A DNA stretch of 64,000 bases, from assembly GCF_004010195.1 (NCBI RefSeq), contig NC_057718.1:43780280-43844279 (forward strand). Direction: 5' to 3'. The DNA comes from Chiloscyllium plagiosum. Taxonomy: Eukaryota. How positions within the stretch are numbered: the first letter of the stretch is position 1; each line of letters opens with the position of its first letter. Under the pieces are notes generated by a model. The model did no database searches, was not told the origin of the DNA, and saw only the letters and a list, made by a program, of their open reading frames with translations. Made by a program: the position numbers and the translations under genes. Below are positions 63,568 to 64,000 of the stretch, one piece after another.

Positions 63568-64000
63568 GCATCTATGTGCTATTAAAACTTAAAATGTTGA
63601 AATCTATGTTAACGGTTTTATGCCAACCTTGTGAGATTTTGATTTTTAAAAATAATCTGTTAGTATATGATGTGTTGTCTGGAAAGGGTCTCCATATGGA
63701 CAAACATAATGGCATAACTAAATTTGTAATCCAAAGTGCCCCTTTTCCATCACTTTGTGTTCACCTGCAAATTTTACCAACTCAAGCCACATTGAATTTA
63801 GGATTACTTTCTAATTGAAATATTACTTGGGGGAAAAAAAAGATTATTAGCTGCTGAGAGGGCACAGGTTCAATACTATGCAAGGTTTTAAATTCGTAGG
63901 AAATGTGATTGAATCAATGCCCTGACATCATCTCAGCCATTTCTGGGTTTGCTGATGAGGCTTTCAGATAGGTAACTTTTATTTGTGAAAACTTACTGTT

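Noticed and set aside
10200..63818. Remaining short ORFs in the track
   Set aside because: No recognisable domains; they are antisense or off-frame readings of repeats, or chance ORFs.

Overview
AT-rich, repeat-dense vertebrate DNA, almost certainly from an elasmobranch (shark or ray). This is inferred from HE1/V-type SINEs with CR1-derived tails, shark-type Penelope hairpin elements, Gmr1-like Gypsy and Harbinger relics. No intact gene was found. The main signal is a set of plus-strand relics of seven consecutive usherin (USH2A) exons, in order, covering the end of the second laminin-G domain and the following fibronectin-III repeats (about human exons 28-34, numbering recalled from memory). 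Six of the seven exons carry stops, frameshifts or dead splice sites, which points to an unprocessed, possibly unitary, USH2A pseudogene. One exon (28800-28985) is intact and lies next to repeat-free, enhancer-like DNA. Another is split into an 18-nt piece and a 144-nt piece by a 10.4-kb intron-like segment. The rest is nested transposon debris, including Penelope termini with minimal hammerhead-ribozyme cores, a 91-bp target duplication, a template-switched CR1 and a 41-bp minisatellite. All homologies were judged by eye and from memory; no searches were run.
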